From the human T2T-CHM13v2.0 reference genome, Homo sapiens: a stretch of 64,000 nt of DNA. The notes under the pieces were generated by a model. That model did not search any database. It saw nothing but the letters and a program-made list of their open reading frames with translations, and had not been told where the DNA came from. Made by a program: the position numbers and the translations under genes. The DNA lies in assembly GCF_009914755.1 (NCBI RefSeq), contig NC_060948.1. One strand, written 5' to 3'. Positions 1-16,771 of this stretch are shown here, piece by piece. How positions within the stretch are numbered: position 1 is the stretch's first letter; each line of letters begins with the position of its first letter.

Positions 1-122
1 CGGGGGTCTCGGAGAGATGGATGAGGCTTCCTGGAGAAAGGTGGGTTGGCCCTGACCTGAAGGGAGGGTGCAGCCTGGGGCAGGGGAAGGGGTCCATGCT
101 GGGTGCATCCATGCAGAGATAA

Positions 123-533
<411 letters not shown>

Positions 534-704
534 TGATCGTACCTCCATTTAGAATTGGAACGTGTCTGTGGAAACCAATCCACAAACACAGACAAAAATG
601 AGGAAGAACTTACGGGATTTGCTAAAGTTTTAACGTACGGGTGCCGTATCACCAGAATGCCACTCTTACATGTGTACCCAAAAGAATTTTTAAAAGGGAC
701 TCAA

Positions 705-1153
<449 letters not shown>

Positions 1154-1597
1154 CTAGCTCTGACACAGGCTGCAGTGTGGATGGACCTGGAAGACATCAC
1201 GCTCAGTGACAGAAGCCAGACACAAAAGGCCACGTTGTGTAGGATTCCGTTATATAAATGCAATGTGGTCCATCCATGCAGTGGAATATTATACACCCAT
1301 GAAAAGGAAGGAAGCTAACTCTGAGACAGGCTGCAGTGTGGGTGGACCTCAAGGACATCACGCTCAGTGAGAGAAGCCAGACACAAAAGGCCATATCACG
1401 CAGGATTCCATTTATATAAAATGCCCAGAACAGGCAAACCCACAGAGACAGAAAGTGGATTTGTGGTTACCAGGGGCCGGGGAGGGGCTGGGGACTCACT
1501 GCTGCCTGCATACAGGGTCTCTTTTTGGAGTGATAAAAATGTTCTGGAACTAAATAGAGGCGGTGATTGCAGAGCATTAAAAATCATTCAAATGGGG

Positions 1598-1900
1598 TTA
1601 TTATTTTTTTTTTTTTTGAGACGGAGTTTCACTCTTGTTGCCCAGGCTGGAGTGCAGGGGAGCGATCTGAGCTCACTGCAACCTTCACCTCCCGAGTTGA
1701 AGTGATTTTCCTGCCTCAGCCTCCCTAGTAGCTGGGATTACAGGCGCCCACCACCACACCCAGCTAATTTTTGTATTTTTAATAGAGACGGGGTTTCACC
1801 ATGTTGGCCGGGCTGGTCTCGAACTCCTGACCTCAGGTGATCCACCTGCCTCGGCCTCCCAAAGTGCTGGGATTACAGGCGTGAGCCACCACTCCTGGCC
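1598..1900 (-). mobile_element. AluS SINE
   Basis: Full reverse Alu; TSD TCA(A/G)ATGGGG at 1588-1597 and 1901-1910. Confidence 0.93.
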
Positions 1901-1950
1901 TCAGATGGGGAATTTTATGCTATGTCAATTATATCTAAATAAAAAACTTA

Positions 1951-2080
1951 AAGAAAGAAAAGGAACGAAGGAAGGAAGGAAAGAAGGAAGGAAGGAAAGA
2001 GGAAGGAAGGAAAGAAAGGGAGGGAGGAAGGAAGGAAGGAATGGAAGGAAGGAAGGAAGGAAGGAAGGAAGGAAGGAAGA
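1951..2080 (+). repeat. (GGAA)n microsatellite in the L1 tail
   Basis: Direct reading of GGAA/GAAA runs. Confidence 0.95.
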
Positions 2081-3050
2081 GACAAAAATAAACCAAAATA
2101 GGGAATGTCCACCTTGGAGGCTGATGTTCACGTCCACAGGTGCTGCCTCCCCAGACACTTACTCAACTCTGAAGCCTTCACCGGTAAGACAGCAGGGGTG
2201 GGGGGACGGCGGAGTCTTTGATCAGAAGAGGGCTCAACAGGCAAGGGGACCTGGTCTTTGCAAAAAACTCGGACTGCAGTACGGGCCGTGGGATTGGCCT
2301 CGTGTGTGGCCTGCACCCTTTTCCCCGTCAGGGAAGGACTGTTTGTTTGTTTTCTGCATCATCATCCATCACGCGGCATTGTCAGCCCTGACAGCTCAGG
2401 AGGGCCTTTTTCAACATCTCTTTATCTGACAGCGTTCATGCATCATAAGACAGCAAACAGAATTAGATCAAAGTCTACGAGGCCGTGTCGGCTCGGTGAG
2501 GAAGGCGAGCCAGCTTGTATCTTCATAAGAGAGGTGACAGTTGGTTTGAACTGGCGTTGGGCCGCAGAGGGCTGGGGAGTGCAGAGAGGACTGGGGACGA
2601 GGGCTGGGATTCTTGGCTTTCCAGGAGGAACAGCCCTGCTCCCTTCTGTCCACTTGCCACCTTCCTGGGTCTCTTTCCCCAGTAGGTGTGGTTCCTTCTG
2701 TCCTGCAGGCCACAGTGCAACCCAGGGCTTCGGAGCACGCGTTGATAGTCCTGATTTTTGTCTGACATCTTTGCAGAAAACGGAGAGCATCCCCTCAGGC
2801 AATGGGATACTGTCCCTCTGGCGCCGACCACACTCTGCGACTTGTCATGATGGGTAACAGGTGTGTCTGCAGCTTGACCTTGCAGCTGGGGCAGCCGCAG
2901 AGAGGTGCAGGAAGGAGAGCGATGGGAGAGAAAACGAAGGTGTGCTCAGTGGCGGAGAGAAATTCCAAAATTTCACTGGAGCGAGTTTAGCCCAGCTGGC
3001 TGCTGGAGAAACGGTTCTCCTGGATACTGTGGAGACTATATGGAGAATGA

Positions 3051-6000
3051 ATTCCTTCCTTCCTCCCTCCCTCTTTCTTTCTTTCTTTCCTTCTTTCTTC
3101 CTTTCTTTCTTTCCTTCTTCTTTTTCTTTCTTCTTTCTTTCTTTCTTCTCTCTCTCCTTCCTTATTCCTTTTCTTCCTTCCCTTCCCTCCCTTCCCTTTC
3201 CTTCTTTCCTTCCTTCCCTTCCTTCCTTCCTCTTTCCTTTCTTTCTCTTTTTCTTTCTTCTCTCTCTCTTTCCTTCCTTATTCCTCATCTTCCTTCCTCT
3301 TTCCTTTCTTTCTCTTTTTCTTTCTTCTCTCTCTTTCCTTCCTTATTCCTCATCTTCCTTCCTCTTTCCTTTCTTTCTCTTTTTCTTTCTTCTCTCTCTC
3401 TTTCCTTCCTTATTCCTCATCTTCCTTCCTCTTTCCTTTCTTTCTCTTTTTCTTTCTTCTCTCTCTTTCCTTCCTTATTCCTCATCTTCCTTCCTCTTTC
3501 CTTTCTTTCTCTTTTTCTTTCTTCTCTCTCTTTCCTTCCTTATTCCTCATCTTCCTTCCTCTTTCCTTTCTTTCTCTTTTTCTTTCTTCTCTCTCTTTCC
3601 TTCCTTATTCCTCATCTTCCTTCCTCTTTCCTTTCTTTCTCTTTTTCTTTCTTCTCTCTCTCTTTCCTTCCTTATTCCTCATCTTCCTTCCTCTTTCCTT
3701 TCTTTCTCTTTTTCTTTCTTCTCTCTCTCTGTCCTTCCTTATTCCTCATCTTCCTTCCTCTTTCCTTCCTTTCTCTTTTTCTTTCTTCTCTCTCTTTCCT
3801 TCCTTATTCCTCATCTTCCTTCCTCTTTCCTTTCTTTCTCTTTTTCTTTCTTCTCTCTCTCTTTCCTTCCTTATTCCTCATCTTCCTTCCTCTTTCCTTC
3901 CTTTCTCTTTTTCTTTCTTCTCTCTCTCTTTCCTTCCTTATTCCTCATCTTCCTTCCTCTTTCCTTTCTTTCTCTTTTTCTTTCTTCTCTCTCTCTGTCC
4001 TTCCTTATTCCTCATCTTCCTTCCTCTTTCCTTTCTTTCTCTTTTTCTTTCTTCTCTCTCTTTCCTTCCTTATTCCTCATCTTCCTTCCTCTTTCCTTCC
4101 TTTCTCTTTTTCTTTCTTCTCTCTCTCTTTCCTTCCTTCCCTTCCTTCCTTTCTCTTTCCTTTCTTTCTCTTTTTCTTTCTTCTCTCTCTCTTTCCTTCC
4201 TTATTCCTCATCTTCCTTCCTCTTTCCTTCCTTTCTCTTTTTCTTTCTTCTCTCTCTTTCCTTCCTTATTCCTCATCTTCCTTCCTCTTTCCTTCCTTTC
4301 TCTTTTTCTTTCTTCTCTCTCTCTTTCCTTCCTTATTCCTCATCTTCCTTCCTCTTTCCTTTCTTTCTCTTTTTCTTTCTTCTCTCTCTCTTTCCTTCCT
4401 TATTCCTCATCTTCCTTCCTCTTTCCTTCCTTTCTCTTTTTCTTTCTTCTCTCTCTCTTTCCTTCCTTATTCCTCATCTTCCTTCCTCTTTCCTTCCTTT
4501 CTCTTTTTCTTTCTTCTCTCTCTTTCCTTCCTTATTCCTCATCTTCCTTCCTCTTTCCTTTCTTTCTCTTTTTCTTTCTTCTCTCTCTTTCCTTCCTTAT
4601 TCCTCATCTTCCTTCCTCTTTCCTTTCTTTCTCTTTTTCTTTCTTCTCTCTCTTTCCTTCCTTATTCCTCATCTTCCTTCCTCTTTCCTTCCTTTCTCTT
4701 TTTCTTTCTTCTCTCTCTTTCCTTCCTTATTCCTCATCTTCCTTCCTCTTTCCTTTCTTTCTCTTTTTCTTTCTTCTCTCTCTCTTTCCTTCCTTATTCC
4801 TCATCTTCCTTCCTCTTTCCTTCCTTTCTCTTTTTCTTTCTTCTCTCTCTTTCCTTCCTTATTCCTCATCTTCCTTCCTCTTTCCTTTCTTTCTCTTTTT
4901 CTTTCTTCTCTCTCTTTCCTTCCTTATTCCTCATCTTCCTTCCTCTTTCCTTTCTTTCTCTTTTTCTTTCTTCTCTCTCTCTTTCCTTCCTTATTCCTCA
5001 TCTTCCTTCCTCTTTCCTTTCTTTCTCTTTTTCTTTCTTCTCTCTCTCTTTCCTTCCTTATTCCTTTTCTTCCTTCCTCTTTCCTTTCTTTCTCTTTTTC
5101 TTTCTTCTCTCTCTTTCCTTCCTTATTCCTCATCTTCCTTCCTCTTTCCTTCCTTTCTCTTTTTCTTTCTTCTCTCTCTTTCCTTCCTTATTCCTCATCT
5201 TCCTTCCTCTTTCCTTTCTTTCTCTTTTTCTTTCTTCTCTCTCTCTTTCCTTCCTTATTCCTCATCTTCCTTCCTCTTTCCTTCCTTTCTCTTTTTCTTT
5301 CTTCTCTCTCTCTTTCCTTCCTTATTCCTCATCTTCCTTCCTCTTTCCTTCCTTTCTCTTTTTCTTTCTTCTCTCTCTTTCCTTCCTTATTCCTCATCTT
5401 CCTTCCTCTTTCCTTTCTTTCTCTTTTTCTTTCTTCTCTCTCTTTCCTTCCTTATTCCTCATCTTCCTTCCTCTTTCCTTTCTTTCTCTTTTTCTTTCTT
5501 CTCTCTCTCTCTCCTTCCTTATTCCTCATCTTCCTTCCTCTTTCCTTCCTTTCTCTTTTTCTTTCTTCTCTCTCTCTTTCCTTCCTTATTCCTCATCTTC
5601 CTTCCTCTTTCCTTTCTTTCTCTTTTTCTTTCTTCTCTCTCTTTCCTTCCTTATTCCTCATCTTCCTTCCTCTTTCCTTCCTTTCTCTTTTTCTTTCTTC
5701 TCTCTCTTTCCTTCCTTATTCCTCATCTTCCTTCCTCTTTCCTTTCTTTCTCTTTTTCTTTCTTCTCTCTCTCTTTCCTTCCTTATTCCTCATCTTCCTT
5801 CCTCTTTCCTTCCTTTCTCTTTTTCTTTCTTCTCTCTCTCTTTCCTTCCTTATTCCTCATCTTCCTTCCTCTTTCCTTTCTTTCTCTTTTTCTTTCTTCT
5901 CTCTCTTTCCTTCCTTATTCCTCATCTTCCTTCCTCTTTCCTTTCTTTCTCTTTTTCTTTCTTCTCTCTCTCTTTCCTTCCTTATTCCTCATCTTCCTTC

Positions 6001-9000
6001 CTCTTTCCTTCCTTTCTCTTTTTCTTTCTTCTCTCTCTCTTTCCTTCCTTATTCCTCATCTTCCTTCCTCTTTCCTTTCTTTCTCTTTTTCTTTCTTCTC
6101 TCTCTTTCCTTCCTTATTCCTCATCTTCCTTCCTCTTTCCTTTCTTTCTCTTTTTCTTTCTTCTCTCTCTTTCCTTCCTTATTCCTCATCTTCCTTCCTC
6201 TTTCCTTTCTTTCTCTTTTTCTTTCTTCTCTCTCTTTCCTTCCTTATTCCTCATCTTCCTTCCTCTTTCCTTTCTTTCTCTTTTTCTTTCTTCTCTCTCT
6301 TTCCTTCCTTATTCCTCATCTTCCTTCCTCTTTCCTTTCTTTCTCTTTTTCTTTCTTCTCTCTCTTTCCTTCCTTATTCCTCATCTTCCTTCCTCTTTCC
6401 TTTCTTTCTCTTTTTCTTTCTTCTCTCTCTCTTTCCTTCCTTATTCCTCATCTTCCTTCCTCTTTCCTTTCTTTCTCTTTTTCTTTCTTCTCTCTCTCTG
6501 TCCTTCCTTATTCCTCATCTTCCTTCCTCTTTCCTTCCTTTCTCTTTTTCTTTCTTCTCTCTCTCTTTCCTTCCTTATTCCTCATCTTCCTTCCTCTTTC
6601 CTTCCTTTCTCTTTTTCTTTCTTCTCTCTCTTTCCTTCCTTATTCCTCATCTTCCTTCCTCTTTCCTTTCTTTCTCTTTTTCTTTCTTCTCTCTCTCTTT
6701 CCTTCCTTATTCCTCATCTTCCTTCCTCTTTCCTTCCTTTCTCTTTTTCTTTCTTCTCTCTCTTTCCTTCCTTATTCCTCATCTTCCTTCCTCTTTCCTT
6801 TCTTTCTCTTTTTCTTTCTTCTCTCTCTCTTTCCTTCCTTATTCCTCATCTTCCTTCCTCTTTCCTTCCTTTCTCTTTTTCTTTCTTCTCTCTCTCTTTC
6901 CTTCCTTATTCCTCATCTTCCTTCCTCTTTCCTTTCTTTCTCTTTTTCTTTCTTCTCTCTCTCTGTCCTTCCTTATTCCTCATCTTCCTTCCTCTTTCCT
7001 TTCTTTCTCTTTTTCTTTCTTCTCTCTCTTTCCTTCCTTATTCCTCATCTTCCTTCCTCTTTCCTTCCTTTCTCTTTTTCTTTCTTCTCTCTCTCTTTCC
7101 TTCCTTCCCTTCCTTCCTTTCTCTTTCCTTTCTTTCTCTTTTTCTTTCTTCTCTCTCTCTTTCCTTCCTTATTCCTCATCTTCCTTCCTCTTTCCTTCCT
7201 TTCTCTTTTTCTTTCTTCTCTCTCTTTCCTTCCTTATTCCTCATCTTCCTTCCTCTTTCCTTCCTTTCTCTTTTTCTTTCTTCTCTCTCTCTTTCCTTCC
7301 TTATTCCTCATCTTCCTTCCTCTTTCCTTCCTTTCTCTTTTTCTTTCTTCTCTCTCTCTTTCCTTCCTTATTCCTCATCTTCCTTCCTCTTTCCTTCCTT
7401 TCTCTTTTTCTTTCTTCTCTCTCTCTTTCCTTCCTTATTCCTCATCTTCCTTCCTCTTTCCTTTCTTTCTCTTTTTCTTTCTTCTCTCTCTTTCCTTCCT
7501 TATTCCTCATCTTCCTTCCTCTTTCCTTCCTTTCTCTTTTTCTTTCTTCTCTCTCTTTCCTTCCTTATTCCTCATCTTCCTTCCTCTTTCCTTTCTTTCT
7601 CTTTTTCTTTCTTCTCTCTCTTTCCTTCCTTATTCCTCATCTTCCTTCCTCTTTCCTTTCTTTCTCTTTTTCTTTCTTCTCTCTCTCTTTCCTTCCTTAT
7701 TCCTCATCTTCCTTCCTCTTTCCTTCCTTTCTCTTTTTCTTTCTTCTCTCTCTCTTTCCTTCCTTATTCCTCATCTTCCTTCCTCTTTCCTTCCTTTCTC
7801 TTTTTCTTTCTTCTCTCTCTCTTTCCTTCCTTATTCCTCATCTTCCTTCCTCTTTCCTTCCTTTCTCTTTTTCTTTCTTCTCTCTCTTTCCTTCCTTATT
7901 CCTCATCTTCCTTCCTCTTTCCTTTCTTTCTCTTTTTCTTTCTTCTCTCTCTCTTTCCTTCCTTATTCCTCATCTTCCTTCCTCTTTCCTTTCTTTCTCT
8001 TTTTCTTTCTTCTCTCTCTCTTTCCTTCCTTATTCCTCATCTTCCTTCCTTTCTCTTTCCTTTCTTTCTCTTTTTCTTTCTTCTCTCTCTCTTTCCTTCC
8101 TTATTCCTCATCTTCCTTCCTTCCTCTTTCCTTCCTTTCTCTTTTTCTTTCTTCTCTCTCTCTTTCCTTCCTTATTCCTCATCTTCCTTCCTCTTTCCTT
8201 TCTTTCTCTTTTTCTTTCTTCTCTCTCTCTTTCCTTCCTTATTCCTCATCTTCCTTCCTCTTTCCTTTCTTTCTCTTTTTCTTTCTTCTCTCTCTCTTTC
8301 CTTCCTTATTCCTCATCTTCCTTCCTCTTTCCTTTCTTTCTCTTTTTCTTTCTTCTCTCTCTCTTTCCTTCCTTATTCCTCATCTTCCTTCCTCTTTCCT
8401 TTCTTTCTCTTTTTCTTTCTTCTCTCTCTCTTTCCTTCCTTATTCCTCATCTTCCTTCCTCTTTCCTTTCTTTCTCTTTTTCTTTCTTCTCTCTCTCTTT
8501 CCTTCCTTATTCCTCATCTTCCTTCCTCTTTCCTTCCTTTCTCTTTTTCTTTCTTCTCTCTCTCTTTCCTTCCTTATTCCTCATCTTCCTTCCTCTTTCC
8601 TTCCTTTCTCTTTTTCTTTCTTCTCTCTCTCTTTCCTTCCTTATTCCTCATCTTCCTTCCTCTTTCCTTCCTTTCTCTTTTTCTTTCTTCTCTCTCTCTT
8701 TCCTTCCTTATTCCTCATCTTCCTTCCTCTTTCCTTCCTTTCTCTTTTTCTTTCTTCTCTCTCTCTTTCCTTCCTTATTCCTCATCTTCCTTCCTCTTTC
8801 CTTCCTTTCTCTTTTTCTTTCTTCTCTCTCTCTTTCCTTCCTTATTCCTCATCTTCCTTCCTCTTTCCTTCCTTTCTCTTTTTCTTTCTTCTCTCTCTCT
8901 TTCCTTCCTTATTCCTCATCTTCCTTCCTCTTTCCTTCCTTTCTCTTTTTCTTTCTTCTCTCTCTTTCCTTCCTTATTCCTTTTCTTCCTTCCCTCCCTC

Positions 9001-9057
9001 CCTCCATCCTTCCTTCCTTTTTCTCTTCTTTCCTTCTCTTCTTTCTTCTTTCTTTCT

Positions 9058-9093
<36 letters not shown>

Positions 9094-9330
9094 TCCTTTC
9101 TCTCTTCCTCCCTCCCTCCCTCCCTTCCTTCCCTTCCTTCCTTCCCTCTTCCTTCCCTTCCCTCCCTTCCCTTTCCTTCTTTCCTTCTTTCTCTTCCTTC
9201 CCTTCCCTTTCCTTCCCCTTCCTTCCTTCTTTCGTTCCTTCATTTCTTCCTTCCTTCTTTCCCTCCCTCCCTTCCTTCCTTCTTTCCTTCCTTCCCTCTG
9301 TCTCTGTCCTTTCTTCTCTCTCTTTCTCTG
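3051..9330. repeat. ~6.3-kb polypyrimidine tract whose core (~3265-8975) is a 65/67-bp VNTR of ~85 units
   Basis: Unit TTTCCTTCCTTATTCCTCATCTTCCTTCCTCTTTCCTT(T/C)CTTTCTCTTTTTCTTTCTTCTCTCTC(TC); TATTCCTCAT recurs at 3541, 3606, 3673. Confidence 0.97.
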
Positions 9331-9641
9331 TTTTTTTTTTTTTTTTTTTTTGGAGACAGGGTCTCACTCTGTCACCCAGACTGGAGTGCAGTGGTGCAAT
9401 CACAGCTCACTGCAGCCTCAACCTCCTGGGCTCTAGCAATCCTCCCACCTCAGCCTCCTGAGTAGCTGGGACTACAGGAGTGCACCACCATGCCCGGCTA
9501 ATTTTTTTTTTTCTTTGTTTTTGTAGAGACAAGCTTTCACCGTGTGACCCACTCTGGTCTCAAAGTCCTGGGCTCAAGTGATTCTCTTGCCTTGGCCTCC
9601 TGAAGTGCTGGGATTTCAGGTGTGAGTCACTGCACCCAACC
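9331..9641 (-). mobile_element. AluJ SINE
   Basis: Reverse Alu with J-type features (GGGTCTCACTCTG, CACAGCTCACTGCAGCCTCAACCTCCTGGGCTC). Confidence 0.9.
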
Positions 9642-9752
9642 TGGATGGAGATGTTTTTGTTTGCACCTGGACGTGTCTTGCAAACTTTCCAAGGCTTCTG
9701 TCTTCATCGAGCTGAACCAGGGTTCTCAGCAGCTCACAATGATTATTCTTAA

Positions 9753-10035
<283 letters not shown>

Positions 10036-10107
10036 TTCCTAAATATTTGTAAGTGCCAGGTGTTTAATGAAAGCGTAATGGGTAGAGAAGCCATCTCATG
10101 TGTATAT

Positions 10108-10496
10108 TGTCACACGTGTCCGTGTGAAGAGACCACGAAACAGACTTCATGTGAGCAATAAAACTTTTTAATCACCTGGGTGCAGGCGGGCTGAGTCCGA
10201 AAAGAGAGTCACTGAAGGGAGATACGGGCGGGGCCGTTTTATAGGATTTGGGTACATAGTGGAAAATTACAATCAAAGGGGGTTGTTCTCTGGCTGGCAG
10301 GGGGCAGGTGACACAAGGTGCTCATTGAGCCAGGATGAGCCAGGAGAGGGAATTTCACAAGGTAAAGTCATCGCTTAAGGCAGGAACAAGCCATTTTCAC
10401 TTCTTTCGTGATTTTTCGGTTACTTCAGGCCATCTGGATGTATATGTGCAGGTCACAGGGCATATGATGGCTTCGCTTGGGCTCAGAGGCCTGACA
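10108..10496 (-). mobile_element. HERV-H solo LTR (LTR7 family, B/C-like)
   Basis: Minus strand starts TGTCAGGCCTCTGAGCCCAAGC and ends CTCTTCACACGGACACGTGTGACA; CCTATAAAA box (10237-10245) and ATTAAA (10167-10172); 5-bp TSD TATAT at 10103-10107 and 10497-10501. Confidence 0.93.
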
Positions 10497-11837
10497 TATA
10501 TGTGTGTGAATGTACATGTATGTGTGCAGGCATGCGCCTATATGTGTCTGTAGGTGTACGTATGTATGTGTATATATGTGTGAATATGCATGTATGTGTA
10601 TAGGCCTATGCGTGTATATATGTGTGCACATGTATGTATTTGTGTGTGCATGTGTATATGTCTGTATGTATGTGTATATGTGTGCATGTATGTGTATATG
10701 TGTGTATGTATGTGTATGCATTTATAACGTGTGTATGTATATGTGTTTCTGCATATATTTGTTATGCATGCATATCTGTGTATGTATATGTGTGCATGTG
10801 TGTATAATGTGTGTATATGTGTGTATGTGTGTATATATGTATGTATGTGTTATAACGTTGTATGTATATGCATATGTTATGTGTGCATATCTGTGTGTAT
10901 GTATATATGTGTGTGCATTGTGTAAATATGTGTGTGTGCATGTGTGTATAGTGTGTGTGTTTGCATGTATACCAAGATAACTTTCAGCAGTCCTTATGCA
11001 TGTTATGTGTGCATATGTGTGTATGTGTATGTGTGTGCATATCTGTGTGTATGTATATGTGTATGCATGTGTGTATATGTGTGTGCATGTGTGTATAGTG
11101 TGTGTGCACGTATGTGTATATGTGTGTGTGTGCATGTGTGTATAGTGTGTGTGTATACCGAGATAGCTTTCAGCAGTCCTTATGCATATGTCATGTGTGC
11201 ATATCCGTGTGTATGTATGTGTGTGCACGTATGTGTATATGTGTGTGTGTGCATGTGTGTATAGTGTGTGTGTATACCGAGATAACTTTCAGCAGTCCTT
11301 ATGCATGTTATGTGTGCATATCTGTGTGTATGTATGTGTGTGTGCATGTGTGTATATATGTGTGTGTACGTGTGTATATGTGTGTGTGCATGTGTGTATG
11401 TGTATGTGTGTGCACGTGTGTATATGTGTGTGCATGTGTGTATGTGTATGTGTGTGCACGTGTGTATATGTGTGTGCATGTGTGTATATATGTGTGTGTG
11501 TGCGTGTATACTGAGATAACTTTCAGCAGTCCTTATGCATATGTCATGTGTGCATATGTATGTATATGTGTGTGCATATTTGTGTGTATGTATATAAGTG
11601 TGTGCATTGTGTGCAATGTGTGTGTGCACGTGTGTATATGTGTGTGTGCATGTGTGTATATATATGTGTGTGTGTTTGCATGTATACCGAGATAATTTTC
11701 AGCAGTCCTTATGCATATGTCATGTGTGCATATCTGTGGGTATGTATATGTGTGTGCACGTGTGTGCAATGTGTGTGTGCATGTGTGTTAGTGGGTGTGT
11801 GTGCGCATGTATACGGAGATAACTTTCAGCAGTCCTT
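10497..11837. repeat. Compound (TG/TA)n field with 6 interspersed copies of a ~30-bp non-simple motif
   Basis: AGATAACTTTCAGCAGTCCTT (1 mismatch allowed) starts at 10975, 11161, 11280, 11514, 11690, 11817. Confidence 0.93.
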
Positions 11838-12659
11838 TGCCTTCTAGTGGCATTCTCACGTTTAATTTTATTCCCTCCTTTTTTAAGCTGTCTGACTCCT
11901 CTTACTTTTGCCCGCGCCTTCGGTTTTGCTGGCGTGAGCCTCCCCCGGGTGTGAGTATTGCCTCTCCGTCAGGACCTGGCTGAGGCTCTCCCATGGATCT
12001 TGTAGCAGCAAAGTGTCGTCACTGTGAGAGGCAGGACTTTTAAAAGCCCTCCAAGATGACCATCCTCCAGTGGCCACTTTTTGATTTCTTTAAGAGGCAT
12101 TTTGATTCCACAGTCTCTCGTGATGCTGCATTCCTTTTCCACTGGCATTTACAGCTGGAATCACGGGCAGTTTCCCTCCCGGGGTGAAAAGGCGGCCGTG
12201 AGTGTGGCTCTGCAGGGAGCCCTGGAGACTGGGTTTCTGCCCCCAGGCCTCTGCCCAGGTGTGTAACACAGCGAGGGGCACCCAGGCTGTTTGCATAGCA
12301 ATTGGGGTGTGATTTGCAATTTAATAACAGTCCTGAGGGCTTCAGGACCAACAGCTCAATGGGACCAGCTGCTCTCAGCTCCTCTGAGGGCAAGAAATGA
12401 AAATTAAATTAAATTTAGAACAGAGTCATGACATAAATGACAGTGGGGAAGATGGGGGTTGTGTACCAGGCAAGCGTTCTTGGACGAGACACCGGGGTAG
12501 GGCTGACGCAGGTGAGACCCCCTCTGGCCCCCCACCCCACTGTCCCCCACTTGTACAAGTGCCTGGTGGACCTGGGACTAGCAGGAATGTGTCCCCAGCA
12601 TGCTTTTGGTGTCAGTGTTTGCCCTTAACTTGTCTGAGTATCAGAATTATCTCTGATTC

Positions 12660-14764
<2,105 letters not shown>

Positions 14765-14882
14765 AGCATTGTGCCATTTATATATATATATATGTTGTGT
14801 GTGTATCCACCTATATGCCCATATAAATAAATGAGCTAAATATATAAACAACTAATTTATTTACCCATTGAAATGATATTAA

Positions 14883-15449
<567 letters not shown>

Positions 15450-15502
15450 TGAAAATAAGTCTTCTTTCATAATACAGTATTATTTTCACACATCAGAAGA
15501 TT

Positions 15503-15672
15503 TTTTTTCCTCTAAGAGACAGAGTCTTGCTCTGCAGCCTCAACTTCCCGGGTTCAAGCGATCCACCTCAACCTCCCGAGTAGCTGGGACTACACGCATG
15601 CACCAGCATGCCCAGGTAATTTTTAAACTTTTTGTAGAGATAGGGTCTTGCTATGCTGTCCAGGTTGGTCTT
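15503..15672 (-). mobile_element. Partial AluJ
   Basis: Deleted, truncated reverse Alu. Confidence 0.75.
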
Positions 15673-16057
15673 GAAGAAAGAAAGAAGGAAGGAAAGAAAG
15701 AAAGAGAGAGAAAGGAAAGAAAGAGAAAGAGAGAGAGGAAAGAGAAAGAAAGAAAGAAAGAAAAGAGAGAGAGGAAAGAAAGAAACAGAAAGGGGAAAGA
15801 GAAAGAAAGAAGAAAGAAAGAAAGGAAGGAAGAAGAAAAAAGAAAGAAAAGAGAGAGGAAAGAAAGAAACAAAAAGAGAGAGGAAAGAGAAAGAAAGAAA
15901 GAAAGAGAAAGAAAGAAACAAAAAGAAAGAAAGAAAAGAAAGAAAGAAAGAAAAGAAAGAAAGAAAGAGAAAGGAAGGAAGAAAAAAGAAAGAAAAGAGA
16001 GAGAGGAAAGAAAGAAACAAAAAGAGAGAGGAAAGAGAAAGAAAGAAAGAAAGAAAG

Positions 16058-16115
<58 letters not shown>

Positions 16116-16131
16116 GAAGAAAGAAAGAAAG
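15673..16131 (+). repeat. GA-rich/(GAAA)n polypurine tract
   Basis: Direct reading. Confidence 0.95.
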
Positions 16132-16197
16132 ATCCCAAGCTGGCAAGCGGCAAGACACTCCCAGACTGTGCCAGGATAAGAGAGAAAGAGTCTTTGT

Positions 16198-16771
16198 GTT
16201 TTATTTTTGGAGACAAAGTGGAGTGCAGTGGTGCGATCTCAGCTCACCTCCGCCTCCCGGGTTCACGTCATTCTCCTGCCTCGGCCTCCCGAGTAGCTGG
16301 GATAACAGGTGCCCACCACCACGCCTGGCTCTTTTTGTATTTTTAGTAGACAAGGGGTTTCACCATGTTGGCCAGGCTGGTCTCGAACTCCTGACCTGAA
16401 GAGATCTGCTTGCTTTGGCCTCCCGAAGTGTTGGGATTACGAGTGTGAGCCACGGCTCCTGGCTTTTTTTTTTTTTTTTTAATAGATACAGGGTCTTCCT
16501 CTGTTGCCCAGGCTGGAGTGCCATAGTCCAGTCATAGGTCACTGCAGCCTCAAACTCTTGGGCTTAAGCTATCCTTTCAGCTCAGCCTCCTGAGTAGCTG
16601 GAAATACAGGTGCGTGTGCCACCACACTTGAATAATTTTCATTTTAATTTTTGTAGACACAGGGTCATGGTATGTTGCCCAGGCTGGTCTTGAACTCCTA
16701 GCCTCAAGCAATCCTCCCACGGCGGCCTCCCAGAGTGATGGGATTACAGGTGTGAGCCACCGTGCCTGGTC
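16198..16771 (-). mobile_element. Two adjacent Alus (AluS-like 16198-16463; AluJ-like 16464-16771)
   Basis: Two reverse Alu bodies, each with a T-tail. Confidence 0.88.

Noticed and set aside
20-100. Possible L2 fragment (GGCTTCCTGGAGAAAGGTGG)
   Set aside because: Too short and diverged to support by eye
2861-9465. ORFs of 2191 and 2186 aa (F/L/S/P-rich)
   Set aside because: Open only because the pyrimidine VNTR lacks stop codons; overlapping frames give the same repetitive peptide and end in an Alu
10969-11837. CRISPR array
   Set aside because: Primate DNA, spacers are TG/TA microsatellite of 90-200 bp, no cas genes or leader; explained by slippage or unequal exchange
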